64,000 nt of DNA from Planctomycetota bacterium (GCA_038213805.1 JBBQSO010000012.1:21746-85745), one strand, 5' to 3'. Numbered from the stretch's first letter, positions 1 to 10,610 are shown. A program made the numbers and translations. The notes: generated by a model not told the origin, from the sequence alone.

Positions 1-1043
1 AGCGCGCAGACCGTCAGGGATACGGTGCTGCCGGCGTGGGCGGAGAGCCGCACCGGCACGCTGGTCATCGCACCGGGCGCCAGGGTGATGCGCGGATTGG
101 CCGCCGCCCCGTGCTGCAGGTCGGGGAGCCGGAAATCGCAGGCGATGTCCAGGGTCGAGGCGTTGCGCAGCTGCACTGCTTCGCCGTCCGGGGCGATGCG
201 CCACAGCAGCGCGCGCGGCGCGAACGCGGCCGAACCTTCCGCCTCGCCCGCCGCCTGCACGGCGCTCCAGCCCGGCTCCTCGGCGAAGCACGCCGCCGGT
301 GCGCCCAGCGGCAGCAGCAGCGCGCCCTGGTCTGCGCCGACGCGCACATCCCAGATGTCGACCAGCGCGACCGCGACGCGCGGGTCGGGGTGGGCCAGCG
401 GCACCAGCACCTCGGCGGTGCTGCCGGGCAGGACGTGCATGCGCGGATTCGCCGCTGATGTGGCGGGCTGGTGCCCGGCGAGGCGGAAGGCGAAATGCAG
501 CGCGTCGTGGCTGAGGTTCTTGAAGTGGATCTCGGCCGCGGACCCGTCTTCGAGCAGGCGCACCGTGCAGGCCAGGGCCTCGGCGCGGAAGCGTGCGTCG
601 TCGCCGAAGCACTGCACGTAGGTGGCCACCGTCGCTGCGGGCGGCAGCGTCGTGACGGACGGCGGCGGCACGCCGTCCACGGTGGTGGCCTGCAGGCGGG
701 CGCGGTAGAGGCCCTGCTCGAGGCGCGGTCGCGGCACCGGCGTGCGCGTCCGCGCGCCGGGCGCGAGCGTGAGCGCTTCCAGGGCGCCGTCGCCTGCGGC
801 GAAACCCTGGTCCAGCCGCACGCGGCAGGCCAGCTGCCGGCTCCCGCGGTTCCATAGTTCGAGTTCCGCGCCATCACAGCCGCTGCGCAGCACACGGTAG
901 GTCAGGCCGGGAAAAGCGGCATCGGCGCTGGCGAGCCACACCGGCGCGGCCGGCTGGATGTCGTCGAAGGCCGCATAGCCCCAGGCCACCGCCGGCAGCA
1001 GCGCCGCGCACGCGATCAGCAGGCAGCGCGCCAGGGCGGTCAT
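1..1043 (-). CDS. Secreted hypothetical protein with three internal Ig-like repeats (3' end runs off the window)
   Basis: Not in the ORF track. Hand-translated from ATG at 1043 (ATGA overlap with the upstream stop at 1040-1042): MTALARCLLIACAALLPAVAWGYAAFDD..., open to base 1. Signal-peptide-like start; three repeats of the form [LF]xN...(ANPR)xxLxPG...VPV. Confidence 0.7.
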   Translation of the reverse strand, partial: MTALARCLLIACAALLPAVAWGYAAFDDIQPAAPVWLASADAAFPGLTYRVLRSGCDGAELELWNRGSRQLACRVRLDQGFAAGDGALEALTLAPGARTRTPVPRPRLEQGLYRARLQATTVDGVPPPSVTTLPPAATVATYVQCFGDDARFRAEALACTVRLLEDGSAAEIHFKNLSHDALHFAFRLAGHQPATSAANPRMHVLPGSTAEVLVPLAHPDPRVAVALVDIWDVRVGADQGALLLPLGAPAACFAEEPGWSAVQAAGEAEGSAAFAPRALLWRIAPDGEAVQLRNASTLDIACDFRLPDLQHGAAANPRITLAPGAMTSVPVRLSAHAGSTVSLTVCA

Positions 1044-1525
1044 GGCGCATCCGCCAGCAGCTCGACGCGCGCGCCTTCCAGCGTCGTCGCGGTCCAGCCG
1101 CCGCCCTCGCGCTGCAGGCGCAGGGTGCCGGTGACGCGCGCGCGGCGGTTCTTGGCCGGTGCCGGCTGCGGCGTCGGCAGGTCGACGAACACCAGGAACT
1201 GCGGACGCGCGTCGCAGCTCAGCCCGCAGCAGCCGAAGCGGCTGGGCGGACCGAGCACGGCACCGTCCATCAGTCCGCCGTGGACCAGCTGCGGCAGCGT
1301 GAACAGCACGCCGCTGAGCACGGTCTCGTGGCCCTCATGCGCCGCCAGATCGGGGGGAAACTCCCAGCCCTCGCCAGCCTTGCGGATGGCGGCGAAGGGC
1401 AGCCAGGCCGCACCGTCCGCGGCCGCCAGCGGCGGACGCTGCAGATCGTGCCAGGTGGCCCAGTTGACGGCGCCGATGGCGCACAGCCCGACCACCAGCA
1501 GCAGGACGGTGCGTGTCGCCATCAT
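1040..1525 (-). CDS. DUF3299/YcgQ-like membrane-anchored OB-fold protein with Cys motif
   Basis: Start MMATRT overlaps the permease stop (ATGA). N-terminal TM helix, then PPDLAAHEGHETVLSG, GCCGLSC and ARVTGTL, a pattern typical of DUF3299/TIGR03943-like proteins. Confidence 0.6.
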   Translation of the reverse strand: MMATRTVLLLVVGLCAIGAVNWATWHDLQRPPLAAADGAAWLPFAAIRKAGEGWEFPPDLAAHEGHETVLSGVLFTLPQLVHGGLMDGAVLGPPSRFGCCGLSCDARPQFLVFVDLPTPQPAPAKNRRARVTGTLRLQREGGGWTATTLEGARVELLADAP

Positions 1526-2664
1526 CCGACCGCCGCCACCGGCGCCGCGTCCGCCGCCTTGCGTCCGCCAAGCGCGCGGCCAGCGCGGCGCACCAGACCC
1601 AGGCCCACGGTCGCCGCCAGCACCAGCACGAACGGCCAATGCCACCACGGGATGTTGCCCAGGGCCTCGGCCGTGCCGGTCGGCTTCGCCGAGACGCCCA
1701 TGAACGAGGCCACGCAGCAGCCGCCCGCCGCCTGGCCGCCGAGCGGCGACGGCTGGTAGTGGTAGTCAGCGAAGACCCAATGATCCGCGATCAGCCCGCC
1801 GGTCAGCGACATCACCACCAGCGAAACGGTGAACAGCGCCGTGGTGCGTCCGCCGAGCTGCCGGCGCAGCGCGAGCAGTTCGCCGAGATTGGTCGCAGGC
1901 CCCGCGATCAGGAAGGCGATGCCCGCGCCCGGCGAGATGCCGGCCAGCAGCAGGCTCTGGACCACCGGCATCGACGGCACCGAGCAGGTGTACGTGACCA
2001 GCCCCAGGACGATGACGTAGACCAGGGTCATGACATGCTGCGTGCCCAGCCAGGTGGCGATCCAGCCCAGCGGCAGCAGCGCCAGCACCGCCGCGGCGAT
2101 GAGCAGGCCGATCACCAGGTCGACGCTGATCTCGGCACCGAGGTCGTAGAACGCCCAATGCCCGGCGGCGCGGGCGCGGGCGCCCCACGTACGCCGGTCG
2201 GCGGCGGGGTCCACCGGGCACGCATCGCCCGGCGGCGGCGGCTCGTTGCGCAGCAGCGCATTGCCGACGAAACCCGCGAGCAGTGCACCGGTGACGCAGG
2301 TCGCGACATAGAGCACGGTGAAGGTCCCACCCATCAGGCTCAGGCACAGCAGCATCGCGACCGGCGACAGCGCCGGGGCGGTGATCAGGAAGGACAGGAT
2401 GGTGCCGCGCGCCGCGCCGCCCTTGACCATGCCGATGCCCAGCGGTAGCACCGTGCACGAGCACATCGGCAGCAGGCAGCCGATCCCGGTCGCGGTCAGC
2501 ACCGGCCTCACCCCGCGCGCAGAGAACCAGCGCGCCATGGTGGCGACCGGCACGTACTCGCGGATCACCGCCGCGATGAGGTAGCCGACGACCAGATACG
2601 GTGCGCTCTGTGCCAGGGCCTGGATGAACGCGGCGAGGAAGCGGTCGAGGTGATCCATGGGCAT
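1522..2664 (-). CDS. DUF318/ArsP-family permease
   Basis: [32 protein letters not shown] and [10 protein letters not shown] motifs; many TM helices; start trimmed to MPMDHL. Confidence 0.85.
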   Translation of the reverse strand: MPMDHLDRFLAAFIQALAQSAPYLVVGYLIAAVIREYVPVATMARWFSARGVRPVLTATGIGCLLPMCSCTVLPLGIGMVKGGAARGTILSFLITAPALSPVAMLLCLSLMGGTFTVLYVATCVTGALLAGFVGNALLRNEPPPPGDACPVDPAADRRTWGARARAAGHWAFYDLGAEISVDLVIGLLIAAAVLALLPLGWIATWLGTQHVMTLVYVIVLGLVTYTCSVPSMPVVQSLLLAGISPGAGIAFLIAGPATNLGELLALRRQLGGRTTALFTVSLVVMSLTGGLIADHWVFADYHYQPSPLGGQAAGGCCVASFMGVSAKPTGTAEALGNIPWWHWPFVLVLAATVGLGLVRRAGRALGGRKAADAAPVAAVG

Positions 2665-2725
2665 GCTGGTCCGGCCAGCATGCTCGTCGCGGATGTGAAG
2701 ATCGCGTGGACGAGCCGCGAAGGGC

Positions 2726-2753
2726 CCATCAGCCATCAGCCATCAGCCATCAG
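2726..2753. repeat. Heptamer tandem repeat (CCATCAG)x4
   Basis: Read directly; overlaps the stop codon of the MFS gene. Confidence 0.9.
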
Positions 2754-4224
2754 CCGTTCCCTGTTCCCGCGCTTCACCTTGATCACGCTGCCGGAACGCC
2801 ACCCAAAACACCCCCAGCACCACCACGGCGAATGCCGCCAGCGGCAGCCACAGGCGCGGCCAGTACGGCAGCGAAGCGCTGGTGCTGCTGCTGACGGCGT
2901 GGCCACCGGGATCGGTGAAGGCGTGGCCGGCGAGCGCGCCGGCGACGATGGCGCCGACGTAGAGGCCCAGGCCGTAGGTGAAGAACAGGTTCATCGCCTG
3001 CGCCTGACCGCGGATCTGCGGCGGGGTGGTGCGGTCGACGTAGACTTGGCCGGTGATGAAGAAGAAGTCGTAGCTGATGCCGTGCAGCAGCACGCCGAGC
3101 AGGAAGACCAGGAAGCCGAGGTGCATGAACGGCACCGGGAAGCCGGCGAGGACCACGCCGGGATAGGCGGGATCGACGGCACCGTCGGCCAGGAACGGCG
3201 CCGGCACGGCGCCCTGCGTAGCCGCCCAGCTGAATAGCAGGTAGCGCACCGCCCAGGCGAGGATGCCGCACAGGATCATGCGCTTGATGCCCAGGCGGCG
3301 GATCAGCAGCGGCATCAGGAAGAGCATGCCCGCCTCCAACCAGGTGCCGAGATTGCCCCACACCGAGACGTGGCTGAGCGCCATCGCGCCCATCTGGTTG
3401 CCGAGGTAGGCGTAGTAGGCGGAGAGCGGGATGCAGACCAGGAAGGCGCACACCAGGTAGGTGGCGAAGGCCGGGTTGCGCCATTCGCGCCAGGCGTCGG
3501 CGAAGACCAGCTCGCGCCACGCGAAGGGCTGGCCGCGCTTGGGCGCAGGCGTCGCGGGCAGGGTCAGGCAGAACAGCCCGGCGGCGGCCGCGGCGAGCGC
3601 GGCGAGGCGGAACTGCACCGCGCCCTCGCCCGCCTCGACGACGTGCCCGTCCGCGCCGACGCTGCTGAAGCCGAAAGCCAGCGCCAGGCCGCCGGCGATC
3701 CAGCCGAAGGTGCCCCACAACCGCACCAGCGGGTACTGCGCGTTGCCGCCGGGCAGGTGGCGGAAGGCGAGCGCCGCGCTCAGCGCCAGGGTCGGCATGT
3801 AGCACAGCATGTGCGCGGTGATGCCGAGGTTGAACCAGGTGCTCTTGGCCATGGTCAATCCGGCCCAGGTCAGCGTGGTGTAATCCGCGCCGGCCACCGC
3901 AGTGCCCGGCAGGTCGCCGATCCACGGCAGGCACCACATGATCGCGCCGCCGGCCAGGAAACAGACGGCCAGCACTTTGCCGGCGTCGAAGAAGCGGTCG
4001 ACGCACAGGCCGAGCGCGAAGGGCGCGATGATCGCGCCGAGCGGGCTGGCGGTGTAGAGCCAGAAGGCGTCCTGCGCCATGCCGTGCGCGATCATGTAGC
4101 GGAAGCCGGTCAAGTACCACGCCCCCCACACGAAGAACTGCAGGAAGAACAGTACCGCCAGCCGTGCGAGGATGTGCGGCGGCGTGGTGGCGTCCGCGGG
4201 CGCCGGGACGGAGTCTGCGCTCAC
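2743..4224 (-). CDS. MFS nucleoside:H+ symporter family transporter (NupG/YegT-like)
   Basis: [27 protein letters not shown] and [18 protein letters not shown] motifs. Confidence 0.9.
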   Translation of the reverse strand: MSADSVPAPADATTPPHILARLAVLFFLQFFVWGAWYLTGFRYMIAHGMAQDAFWLYTASPLGAIIAPFALGLCVDRFFDAGKVLAVCFLAGGAIMWCLPWIGDLPGTAVAGADYTTLTWAGLTMAKSTWFNLGITAHMLCYMPTLALSAALAFRHLPGGNAQYPLVRLWGTFGWIAGGLALAFGFSSVGADGHVVEAGEGAVQFRLAALAAAAAGLFCLTLPATPAPKRGQPFAWRELVFADAWREWRNPAFATYLVCAFLVCIPLSAYYAYLGNQMGAMALSHVSVWGNLGTWLEAGMLFLMPLLIRRLGIKRMILCGILAWAVRYLLFSWAATQGAVPAPFLADGAVDPAYPGVVLAGFPVPFMHLGFLVFLLGVLLHGISYDFFFITGQVYVDRTTPPQIRGQAQAMNLFFTYGLGLYVGAIVAGALAGHAFTDPGGHAVSSSTSASLPYWPRLWLPLAAFAVVVLGVFWVAFRQRDQGEAREQGTADG

Positions 4225-5294
4225 AGCAGCACCGTGCGTCCGCTGCGCGCTGATTCATCGGCGGCGAGCACGATCGCCAGGCTGTCGCAGGCCGCGGCCC
4301 AGTGCGTGCTCAAGTCGGTGCCCTCGCGGATCGCGGCCAGGAACCACGCCTGCTCGCGGGCGCACAGCGCGTCGTGGTCGGGCTCGTCGGCGAGGCGGAT
4401 GACCTCATCCGTGCTGGTGAAGCGGTTGGCGGCGTCGAGCGCCGCGCGGTGCACGCGGATGGCGCTGGTCGCGGTGTGCGCGCCAACGTCGTCGCTGCCG
4501 TTCTCGGCGAGCGCCGCGCCGGCCTCAAGCGTCACCGACCCACGCGGGCCGACCACGTCCTTCACGAAGCACGCGGCCGTGCTCATCATCGGGCCCCAGC
4601 CGGCCTCGTACCAGCCGACCGAGCCGTCGGCGAAGGTCACTTGGAGTTGCCCGTAGTTGCAGCGCCCCGGCGGCAGGCTGTCGTCCAGGCGCGCGGCGAT
4701 GGCGCTCACCCGCAGCGGCCGGCTGCCGGTCATGCGCAGCATCAGGTCGACGTAGTGCACCCCGCAGTCGACCATCGGCGACGACGCGGCCATCAGGTTG
4801 CGGTGCACGTCCCACATGTGGCCTTGGCTCTGCTGGTTGAGGTTCATGCGCATCACCAGCGGTGTGCCCAGCGCGCGCGCCTCGCTGATGAAGCGCTGCC
4901 AGGACGGGTGGTGCAGCAGGATGTAGCCGACCACCAGCGCGCGCCGCGCGGTGCGCGCCGCGGCGATGACCTCGGCGCACGCCGCCACCGTCGGCGCCAC
5001 CGGCTTCTCGATGAACACGTGGCAGCCCTGGGCGATTGCGGCGAGGGCGATCTCGGCGTGGGTGTCGGGCCAGGTGCTGATGCACACCGCCTGCGGACGC
5101 TGCTCGGCCAGCGCTCGGCGCCAGTCGTCGTAGAGCGCGTGGCCACCGCCGAGTTCGCGGTCGAGCTCCACCTTGCTGGCGCCGCGTGCGACCAGGCCGC
5201 ACACCTGGAAGTCAGGATGGTGGTGATAGGCCTTGGCGTGGGAGCGGCCCATGTTGCCGCAGCCGATGACCAGGACGCGTACTGCTGCCGGCAT
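4221..5294 (-). CDS. Gfo/Idh/MocA family oxidoreductase (cytoplasmic)
   Basis: GCGNMG Rossmann motif, HVFIEKP, DCGVHYVD; stop overlaps the transporter start. Confidence 0.9.
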   Translation of the reverse strand: MPAAVRVLVIGCGNMGRSHAKAYHHHPDFQVCGLVARGASKVELDRELGGGHALYDDWRRALAEQRPQAVCISTWPDTHAEIALAAIAQGCHVFIEKPVAPTVAACAEVIAAARTARRALVVGYILLHHPSWQRFISEARALGTPLVMRMNLNQQSQGHMWDVHRNLMAASSPMVDCGVHYVDLMLRMTGSRPLRVSAIAARLDDSLPPGRCNYGQLQVTFADGSVGWYEAGWGPMMSTAACFVKDVVGPRGSVTLEAGAALAENGSDDVGAHTATSAIRVHRAALDAANRFTSTDEVIRLADEPDHDALCAREQAWFLAAIREGTDLSTHWAAACDSLAIVLAADESARSGRTVLL

Positions 5295-5477
5295 GCCGTG
5301 GCTCCCTCGGCGGTCCCCCGCTGTGCAGACCTTGCCAGGATGGCGCGGCATGGCAGCGGCGCCTACGCCGCCGAGGGGCCTGGAATCGCGTGCGTGTGAG
5401 ATGGAACGCTGGGCGGCCGCCGGATGGGTCGTCAGCGTTCCCGGGCTCGCGGGTAAACCTCACCAGGGGATCCGTCC

Positions 5478-6821
5478 ATGCCGCGTGCCATCACCACCGC
5501 CGCCATCGTCCTGCTCGCCCTGGCCGGGGCCGCGCTCCCCCGCGTCCTGGTCGCCGCGGTCGAGGTGCCGCCCGGCTTCACTCCGCTGTTCAACGGCACC
5601 GACCTCAATGGTTGGTGGGGCCTCGCGACCGAGGACCCGGCGACGTGGCAGGGCCTGCCGTCAGACCAACTCGCAGCAAAGCAGGCCGCCAGCCGCGCCG
5701 ACATCCGCAGCCACTGGCGGGTCGAGGGCGATGAGCTGGTCAACGACGGCGCGGGCCTCTACCTGACCAGCGACGCCGACTTCGGCGATGTCGAACTGCG
5801 CCTCGAGTACAAGACCGTCGCCCAGGCCGACAGCGGCGTTTACCTGCGCGGCTGCCCGCAGGTGCAGATCTGGGACACCACCGAGGCCGGCGGAAAATGG
5901 AACCTGGGCGCCGACAAGGGTTCGGGCGGGCTGTGGAACAACACAGCCGGCGCGCCGGGCAAGGACCCGCTGGTGAAGGCCGACAAACCCTTCGGCGAGT
6001 GGAACCGCTTACGCGTGATCATGGTCGGCGAGCGCGTGACGGTGTGGCTCAACGGTCAACTGACCGTCGACCATGCGCGCCTGGAAAACTACTTCGCGCG
6101 TCAGCTGCCGCTGCCGCGTCGCGGCCCGATCCAGCTGCAGACCCACGGCGGCGAGATCCGCAGGCGCACTGTCGGGGTGCGGCCGATTGGCGGCGATGAG
6201 GCGCTGACCATCCTGCGCGCGCACGGGCCCGAACGCGCGCTGCACGATGCGCTGCCGGCGGTGTTCAACGGCACCGACTTCACCGGCTGGGCCGGCCCGG
6301 TCGAGAACTACGCGGTCGTCGACGGCGCCATCCAGTGCAAGCCCGGCAAGGGCGGCACCATCTACACCACCGCGGTCTACGCGGACTTCCGCGCCCACGT
6401 CGAGTTCCGTCTGCCGCCCGCCGGCAACAACGGCCTCGCCATCCGCTATCCCGGCGACGGCGACACGGCCTACGTCGGCATGTGCGAGCTGCAGGTGCTC
6501 GACAGCGAGGATCCCGGCTACGCCAAGCTCGACGCGCGCCAGTTCCATGGTTCGGCCTACGGGCTGGCCGCGGCTAGCCGCGGCTACCTCAATCCGCTCG
6601 GGCAGTGGAACTATGAAGAGGTCGCGGTCATCGGCTCGACCATCCGCGTCGAACTGAACGGCACGCGCATCCTCGACACCGACCTGGCGAAGATCCAGCC
6701 ACCCTATCTCGACAACAAGCAGCACCCCGGCAAGGATCGCACCGAGGGCCACTTCGGCTTCGCCGGCCACAACGATCCGGTGGCCTTCCGCAATGTCGCG
6801 GTCCTGACGGTCGCGCACTGA
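5478..6821 (+). CDS. Secreted tandem DUF1080 (3-keto-disaccharide hydrolase) protein
   Basis: Signal peptide; two copies of LFNGTDxxGW...DSG/NNG...QIWD/QVLD...GEWN/GQWN...QLQTHG/FAGH. Confidence 0.9.
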   Translation: MPRAITTAAIVLLALAGAALPRVLVAAVEVPPGFTPLFNGTDLNGWWGLATEDPATWQGLPSDQLAAKQAASRADIRSHWRVEGDELVNDGAGLYLTSDADFGDVELRLEYKTVAQADSGVYLRGCPQVQIWDTTEAGGKWNLGADKGSGGLWNNTAGAPGKDPLVKADKPFGEWNRLRVIMVGERVTVWLNGQLTVDHARLENYFARQLPLPRRGPIQLQTHGGEIRRRTVGVRPIGGDEALTILRAHGPERALHDALPAVFNGTDFTGWAGPVENYAVVDGAIQCKPGKGGTIYTTAVYADFRAHVEFRLPPAGNNGLAIRYPGDGDTAYVGMCELQVLDSEDPGYAKLDARQFHGSAYGLAAASRGYLNPLGQWNYEEVAVIGSTIRVELNGTRILDTDLAKIQPPYLDNKQHPGKDRTEGHFGFAGHNDPVAFRNVAVLTVAH

Positions 6822-6896
6822 GCACGTGCCCGAGGCGAACGCTGCCGTCGGGAAATCCCTCCACACCAGCCGGCCTCGCCGGTATCCTTTGACCGC

Positions 6897-8195
6897 ATGA
6901 CCGACCCCACGCTTCCCGCATCCAACCGTCTCGACCGCCGGCAGCTGCTCGGCGCCGGCTCGCTCGCCGCGTTCGGCATGCTCTTCGGCGGCGGCCTGGT
7001 GGCTGAGGAGTTCGCCCCCGCCCCGGCGCCCGGCGACGGCGGTGCCGCGCAGCCGGTCGGCTGCGCGGTGATCGGCCTGGGCGAACAGGGCCGCGCCCTG
7101 CTCGGCGCGCTGGCGCTGGCCGCGGGCGCCGATGTGCGCCGGATCTGCGATAGCTACGCCGGCATCCGCGCGCGCGCGCAGGAATTGGCGCCCAAGGCCG
7201 TCGCCGGCGGCGACGCCAAGGAGGTCTTCGACGACCAATCGGTGCAGGCGGTGTGGATCGCCACGCCCACCCACCTGCACAAGGACCTGGTCCTGGCCGC
7301 GCTCGCCGCCGGCAAGCACGTCTACTGCGAGGCGCCGCTCGCCCACACCGTCGACGACGCGCGCGCCATCGCGGTGGCGGCGACAACGGCGGCGGCGAAG
7401 GGCATCCTCTTTCACAGCGGCCTGCAGCAGCGCACCAACCCGCAGCACCTACACGTGCTGCACTTCGTGCGCGCCGGCGCGCTCGGGCGCGTGGCGATGG
7501 GCCGCGCGCACTGGCGGCGGCGCACCTCGTGGCGGCGCGCCGCGGCCAGCGACGAGCGCGCACGCGCGCTCAACTGGCGCCTCGACCCGGCTCTGAGCAC
7601 CGGACTGATGGGCGAGATCGGCATCCACCAGCTCGACGTCGCCTCATGGTTCCTCAAGGGCCTGCCGCTGGCGGTCAGCGGCCTGGGCAGCATCCGCGCG
7701 TGGGACGACGGTCGCCAGGTCGCCGACACCGTGCAGGCGCTCATCGAGTACCCCGACGGCGTCGATGTGGCCTACGACGCGACCCTGGCCAACTCCTTCG
7801 ACGATCACGCCGACCTGTTCCTGGGCAGCGACGCGGCGGTGATGCTGCGCGACCACCGTGCCTGGATGTTCAAGGAGGCCGACGCCGCCGCCCTCGGCTG
7901 GGAGGTCTACGCCTACCGCGAGAAGCTTGGCGACGAGACCGGCATCGCCCTGGTCGCCGACGCCACCAAGATCCTCGCCGCGGGCAAGAAGCCGGGCGAG
8001 AACCGCGAGGTCGATCCGCACCGCACCGCGCCGGTCACCGCCTGCGAGGCCTTCCTCGAGGCTATCCGCCACAAACAGCCCAGCGCTTGTGACGCGCTCA
8101 CCGGCTTCCAGGCCACCGTCACCGCCATCACCGCCAACCAGGCGATCGCCACGCGCAGCCGCATCGAGCTCAAGCCCGAGCTGTTCCGCCTCTAG
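6897..8195 (+). CDS. Tat-exported Gfo/Idh/MocA oxidoreductase-like protein (EAP instead of EKP)
   Basis: DRRQLL twin-Arg signal, IGLGEQG, ATPTHLH, HVYCEAP, LNWRL, EIGIHQLD. Confidence 0.88.
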   Translation: MTDPTLPASNRLDRRQLLGAGSLAAFGMLFGGGLVAEEFAPAPAPGDGGAAQPVGCAVIGLGEQGRALLGALALAAGADVRRICDSYAGIRARAQELAPKAVAGGDAKEVFDDQSVQAVWIATPTHLHKDLVLAALAAGKHVYCEAPLAHTVDDARAIAVAATTAAAKGILFHSGLQQRTNPQHLHVLHFVRAGALGRVAMGRAHWRRRTSWRRAAASDERARALNWRLDPALSTGLMGEIGIHQLDVASWFLKGLPLAVSGLGSIRAWDDGRQVADTVQALIEYPDGVDVAYDATLANSFDDHADLFLGSDAAVMLRDHRAWMFKEADAAALGWEVYAYREKLGDETGIALVADATKILAAGKKPGENREVDPHRTAPVTACEAFLEAIRHKQPSACDALTGFQATVTAITANQAIATRSRIELKPELFRL

Positions 8196-8238
8196 GCCCG
8201 CGTCCACCGCCCATCCCCGACCCGCCAGGAGTCCCATC

Positions 8239-9636
8239 ATGGCCGACCAGCCCAAGCTTCCGTCCGTCTCCCGCCGCGGCCTGTTCAAGACCGCCGCCGC
8301 GGCGCTCACCGTCGCCGGCGTGGCCGCGTGCAGCGACCAGCGCGCAGCGGGCGCCGAGGCCACGGCCGCGCCGGCGCCCGCCGGCGGCGCCGGCGCCATG
8401 GACATGGCGCCGTTCACCGCCGGGCCGCGCGCGCCCAGCCCGGTGCAGGGCACCGGCCGCGTGCTCGGCGCCAACGACCGCGTGCGCATCGCGGTGATCG
8501 GCGTCGGTGGCCAGGGCTTCGGCGCCCACCTCAAGGGCCTGCGCGCGCTGGAAAAAGACGCCAACATCGAGGTCATCGGCGCCAGCGACGTCTACGCGCC
8601 GCGTCTGGAGCGCGCCCGCGCCGAGCTGCTGAAGGGCCGCGACGGCGCCACGGTGTTCTGCGAGAAGGACTACCGCCGCCTGCTCGACAACAAGGACATC
8701 GACGCGGTGGTGGTGGCCACGCCCGAGCACTGGCACGCGCCGGTCTCGATCCACGCGCTCGACGCCGGCAAGCACGTCTACTGCGAAAAGCCGATGACCC
8801 GCCACCTCGACGAGGCGTGGGCGCTGGTCGACGCGGTCAAGCGCACCGGCAAGGTCTTCCAGCTCGGCATCCAGTTCACCTCCGACCCCAAGATGCACGC
8901 GGTCGGCGACTTCATCCGCGCCGGCAAGATCGGGCCGCTGGTCGCCGGGCAGAGCAGCTACTGCCGCAACGCCGGCCCCAAGGGCGAGTGGAACTACGAC
9001 ATCGACGCCGGCGCCGGCCCGGACAACCTCGACTGGGACATGTGGCTGGGCAGCGCGCCGAAGCGCCCGTGGAACGACGACAGCCGCTCGCGCTTCTTCC
9101 GCTACCGCAAGTACCACGACTACAGCGGCGGCATCCTCGGCGACCTCATGCCGCACCGCGTCGGGCCGTTCCTGGTCGCGAGCGGCAACCCCGAGTACCC
9201 CACGCGCGTCGTCAGCGTCGGCACGCGCCGCATCTCGACCGACCGCGAGGTCGACGACAACGTCCAGGTGATGGCCGAGTTCCCAAGCGGCTGGACCATG
9301 CTCTTCACCGGTTCGACGGTGAACGAGCAGGGCCTGCCCGACCTGTTCCGCGGCTTCAAGGCCTCGGTGCACTTCGGCGGTGATAGCGCCATCGCCAAGC
9401 CCGAGCGCCCCTTTGCCGAGGAGATGGAGGAGACCACCATTGCCAAGGGTCCCGGCAGCGACATCCCGATGCACCACCGCAACTGGCTCGACGCCATCCG
9501 CATCGGCGCCACGCCCAACTGCCCGGTCGAGTTCGGCGCCAAGATCCAGGCCATCCTGTCGATGGCCGAGATGTCCTCGCGCGCCAACCGCGTGATGCTG
9601 CTCGACGCAGCGACGCGCACGGTCAAGCCCGGCTGA
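8239..9636 (+). CDS. Tat-exported (probable lipoprotein) Gfo/Idh/MocA oxidoreductase
   Basis: AGGAG RBS at 8227-8231; SRRGLFK twin-Arg and VAAC lipobox; GANDRVRIAVIGVGG, ATPEHWH, YCEKP, DWDMWLGSAP. Confidence 0.9.
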   Translation: MADQPKLPSVSRRGLFKTAAAALTVAGVAACSDQRAAGAEATAAPAPAGGAGAMDMAPFTAGPRAPSPVQGTGRVLGANDRVRIAVIGVGGQGFGAHLKGLRALEKDANIEVIGASDVYAPRLERARAELLKGRDGATVFCEKDYRRLLDNKDIDAVVVATPEHWHAPVSIHALDAGKHVYCEKPMTRHLDEAWALVDAVKRTGKVFQLGIQFTSDPKMHAVGDFIRAGKIGPLVAGQSSYCRNAGPKGEWNYDIDAGAGPDNLDWDMWLGSAPKRPWNDDSRSRFFRYRKYHDYSGGILGDLMPHRVGPFLVASGNPEYPTRVVSVGTRRISTDREVDDNVQVMAEFPSGWTMLFTGSTVNEQGLPDLFRGFKASVHFGGDSAIAKPERPFAEEMEETTIAKGPGSDIPMHHRNWLDAIRIGATPNCPVEFGAKIQAILSMAEMSSRANRVMLLDAATRTVKPG

Positions 9637-9644
9637 GAGCGGCC

Positions 9645-10610
9645 ATGGACGGCATGGTCCTGCCGTCCGGCGCGCCAGGGGGCGTGCGGCTGGGGCTGGC
9701 GGCGATGCGCACGCGCTTCGAGCTGGTGCTGGCCGACGCCGGCGACGCGGCGCGGCAGCGCGCCGCGGGTGAAGAGGCGCTTGCCGAGATCGCCGACGTC
9801 GAAGCGTGGCTGAGCCCGCACCGCGCCGCCAGCGCCCTGGCGCGCGTGAACGCGGGCGCCGCGCGCGCGCCGGTGACGGTCGATGGGCGGATGCTCGGCT
9901 TTCTGCGCGCAGCGCGCGCGCTGGCCGCGGCCACCGGCGGCGCCTGCGACCCGACCGCGGGGGCGCTGGTGGCGTGCTGGCGCGAGGCGCTCGCCGGTGA
10001 ACGGGTACCTGACGCGGCGGCGATCGCGGCGGCGCGCGCCGCCTGCGGCATGGATCTGGTCATCTGCGACGAAGCCGCGGGCAGCGTGCGCTTCGCGCAA
10101 CCGGGGATGCGCCTGGACCCCGGCGCACTCGGCAAGGGCGTCGCGCTCGATCGCGCGACGGCGCTCCTGCGCGATCACGGTGTTAGGCGAGCGCTGCTGC
10201 ACGGCGGCACATCGAGCGTGGTGGGGATCGGTGATCCGGGCTGGACGATCGCAGTCAGGCATCCGCTGCAGGCGCAAGAGATCATCGCCACCACGACGCT
10301 GCGCGATTCCACCCTGTCGGTGTCCGCCGGCCATGGCCGCGCGACCACCGTCGAAGGGCGCAGCTACGGCCACGTCATCGATCCGCGCAGCGGCTGGCCG
10401 GTGGCGGGACATCTGCTCGCCGCCGTGACGCATCCGCAGGCGACGGTCAGCGAGGGGTTGTCGACGGCGTTGCTGGTGTTGGGACAGGGTGGCATGGCGG
10501 ATTTGGCGCGACAGTTTCCCGACGCTGCGTTCCTGCTGGTATGCAAAGCGGTGGAAGCAGTGGAGGTGATCACCATGGGTGACGGCTTCGCGATGAGCAA
10601 CGTGGTCTGA
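9645..10610 (+). CDS. apbE: FAD:protein FMN transferase (ApbE family)
   Basis: AMRTRF, CDPTAGAL, LDPGALGKGVALD, YGHVIDPRSGWP, EGLSTAL. Confidence 0.88.
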   Translation: MDGMVLPSGAPGGVRLGLAAMRTRFELVLADAGDAARQRAAGEEALAEIADVEAWLSPHRAASALARVNAGAARAPVTVDGRMLGFLRAARALAAATGGACDPTAGALVACWREALAGERVPDAAAIAAARAACGMDLVICDEAAGSVRFAQPGMRLDPGALGKGVALDRATALLRDHGVRRALLHGGTSSVVGIGDPGWTIAVRHPLQAQEIIATTTLRDSTLSVSAGHGRATTVEGRSYGHVIDPRSGWPVAGHLLAAVTHPQATVSEGLSTALLVLGQGGMADLARQFPDAAFLLVCKAVEAVEVITMGDGFAMSNVV

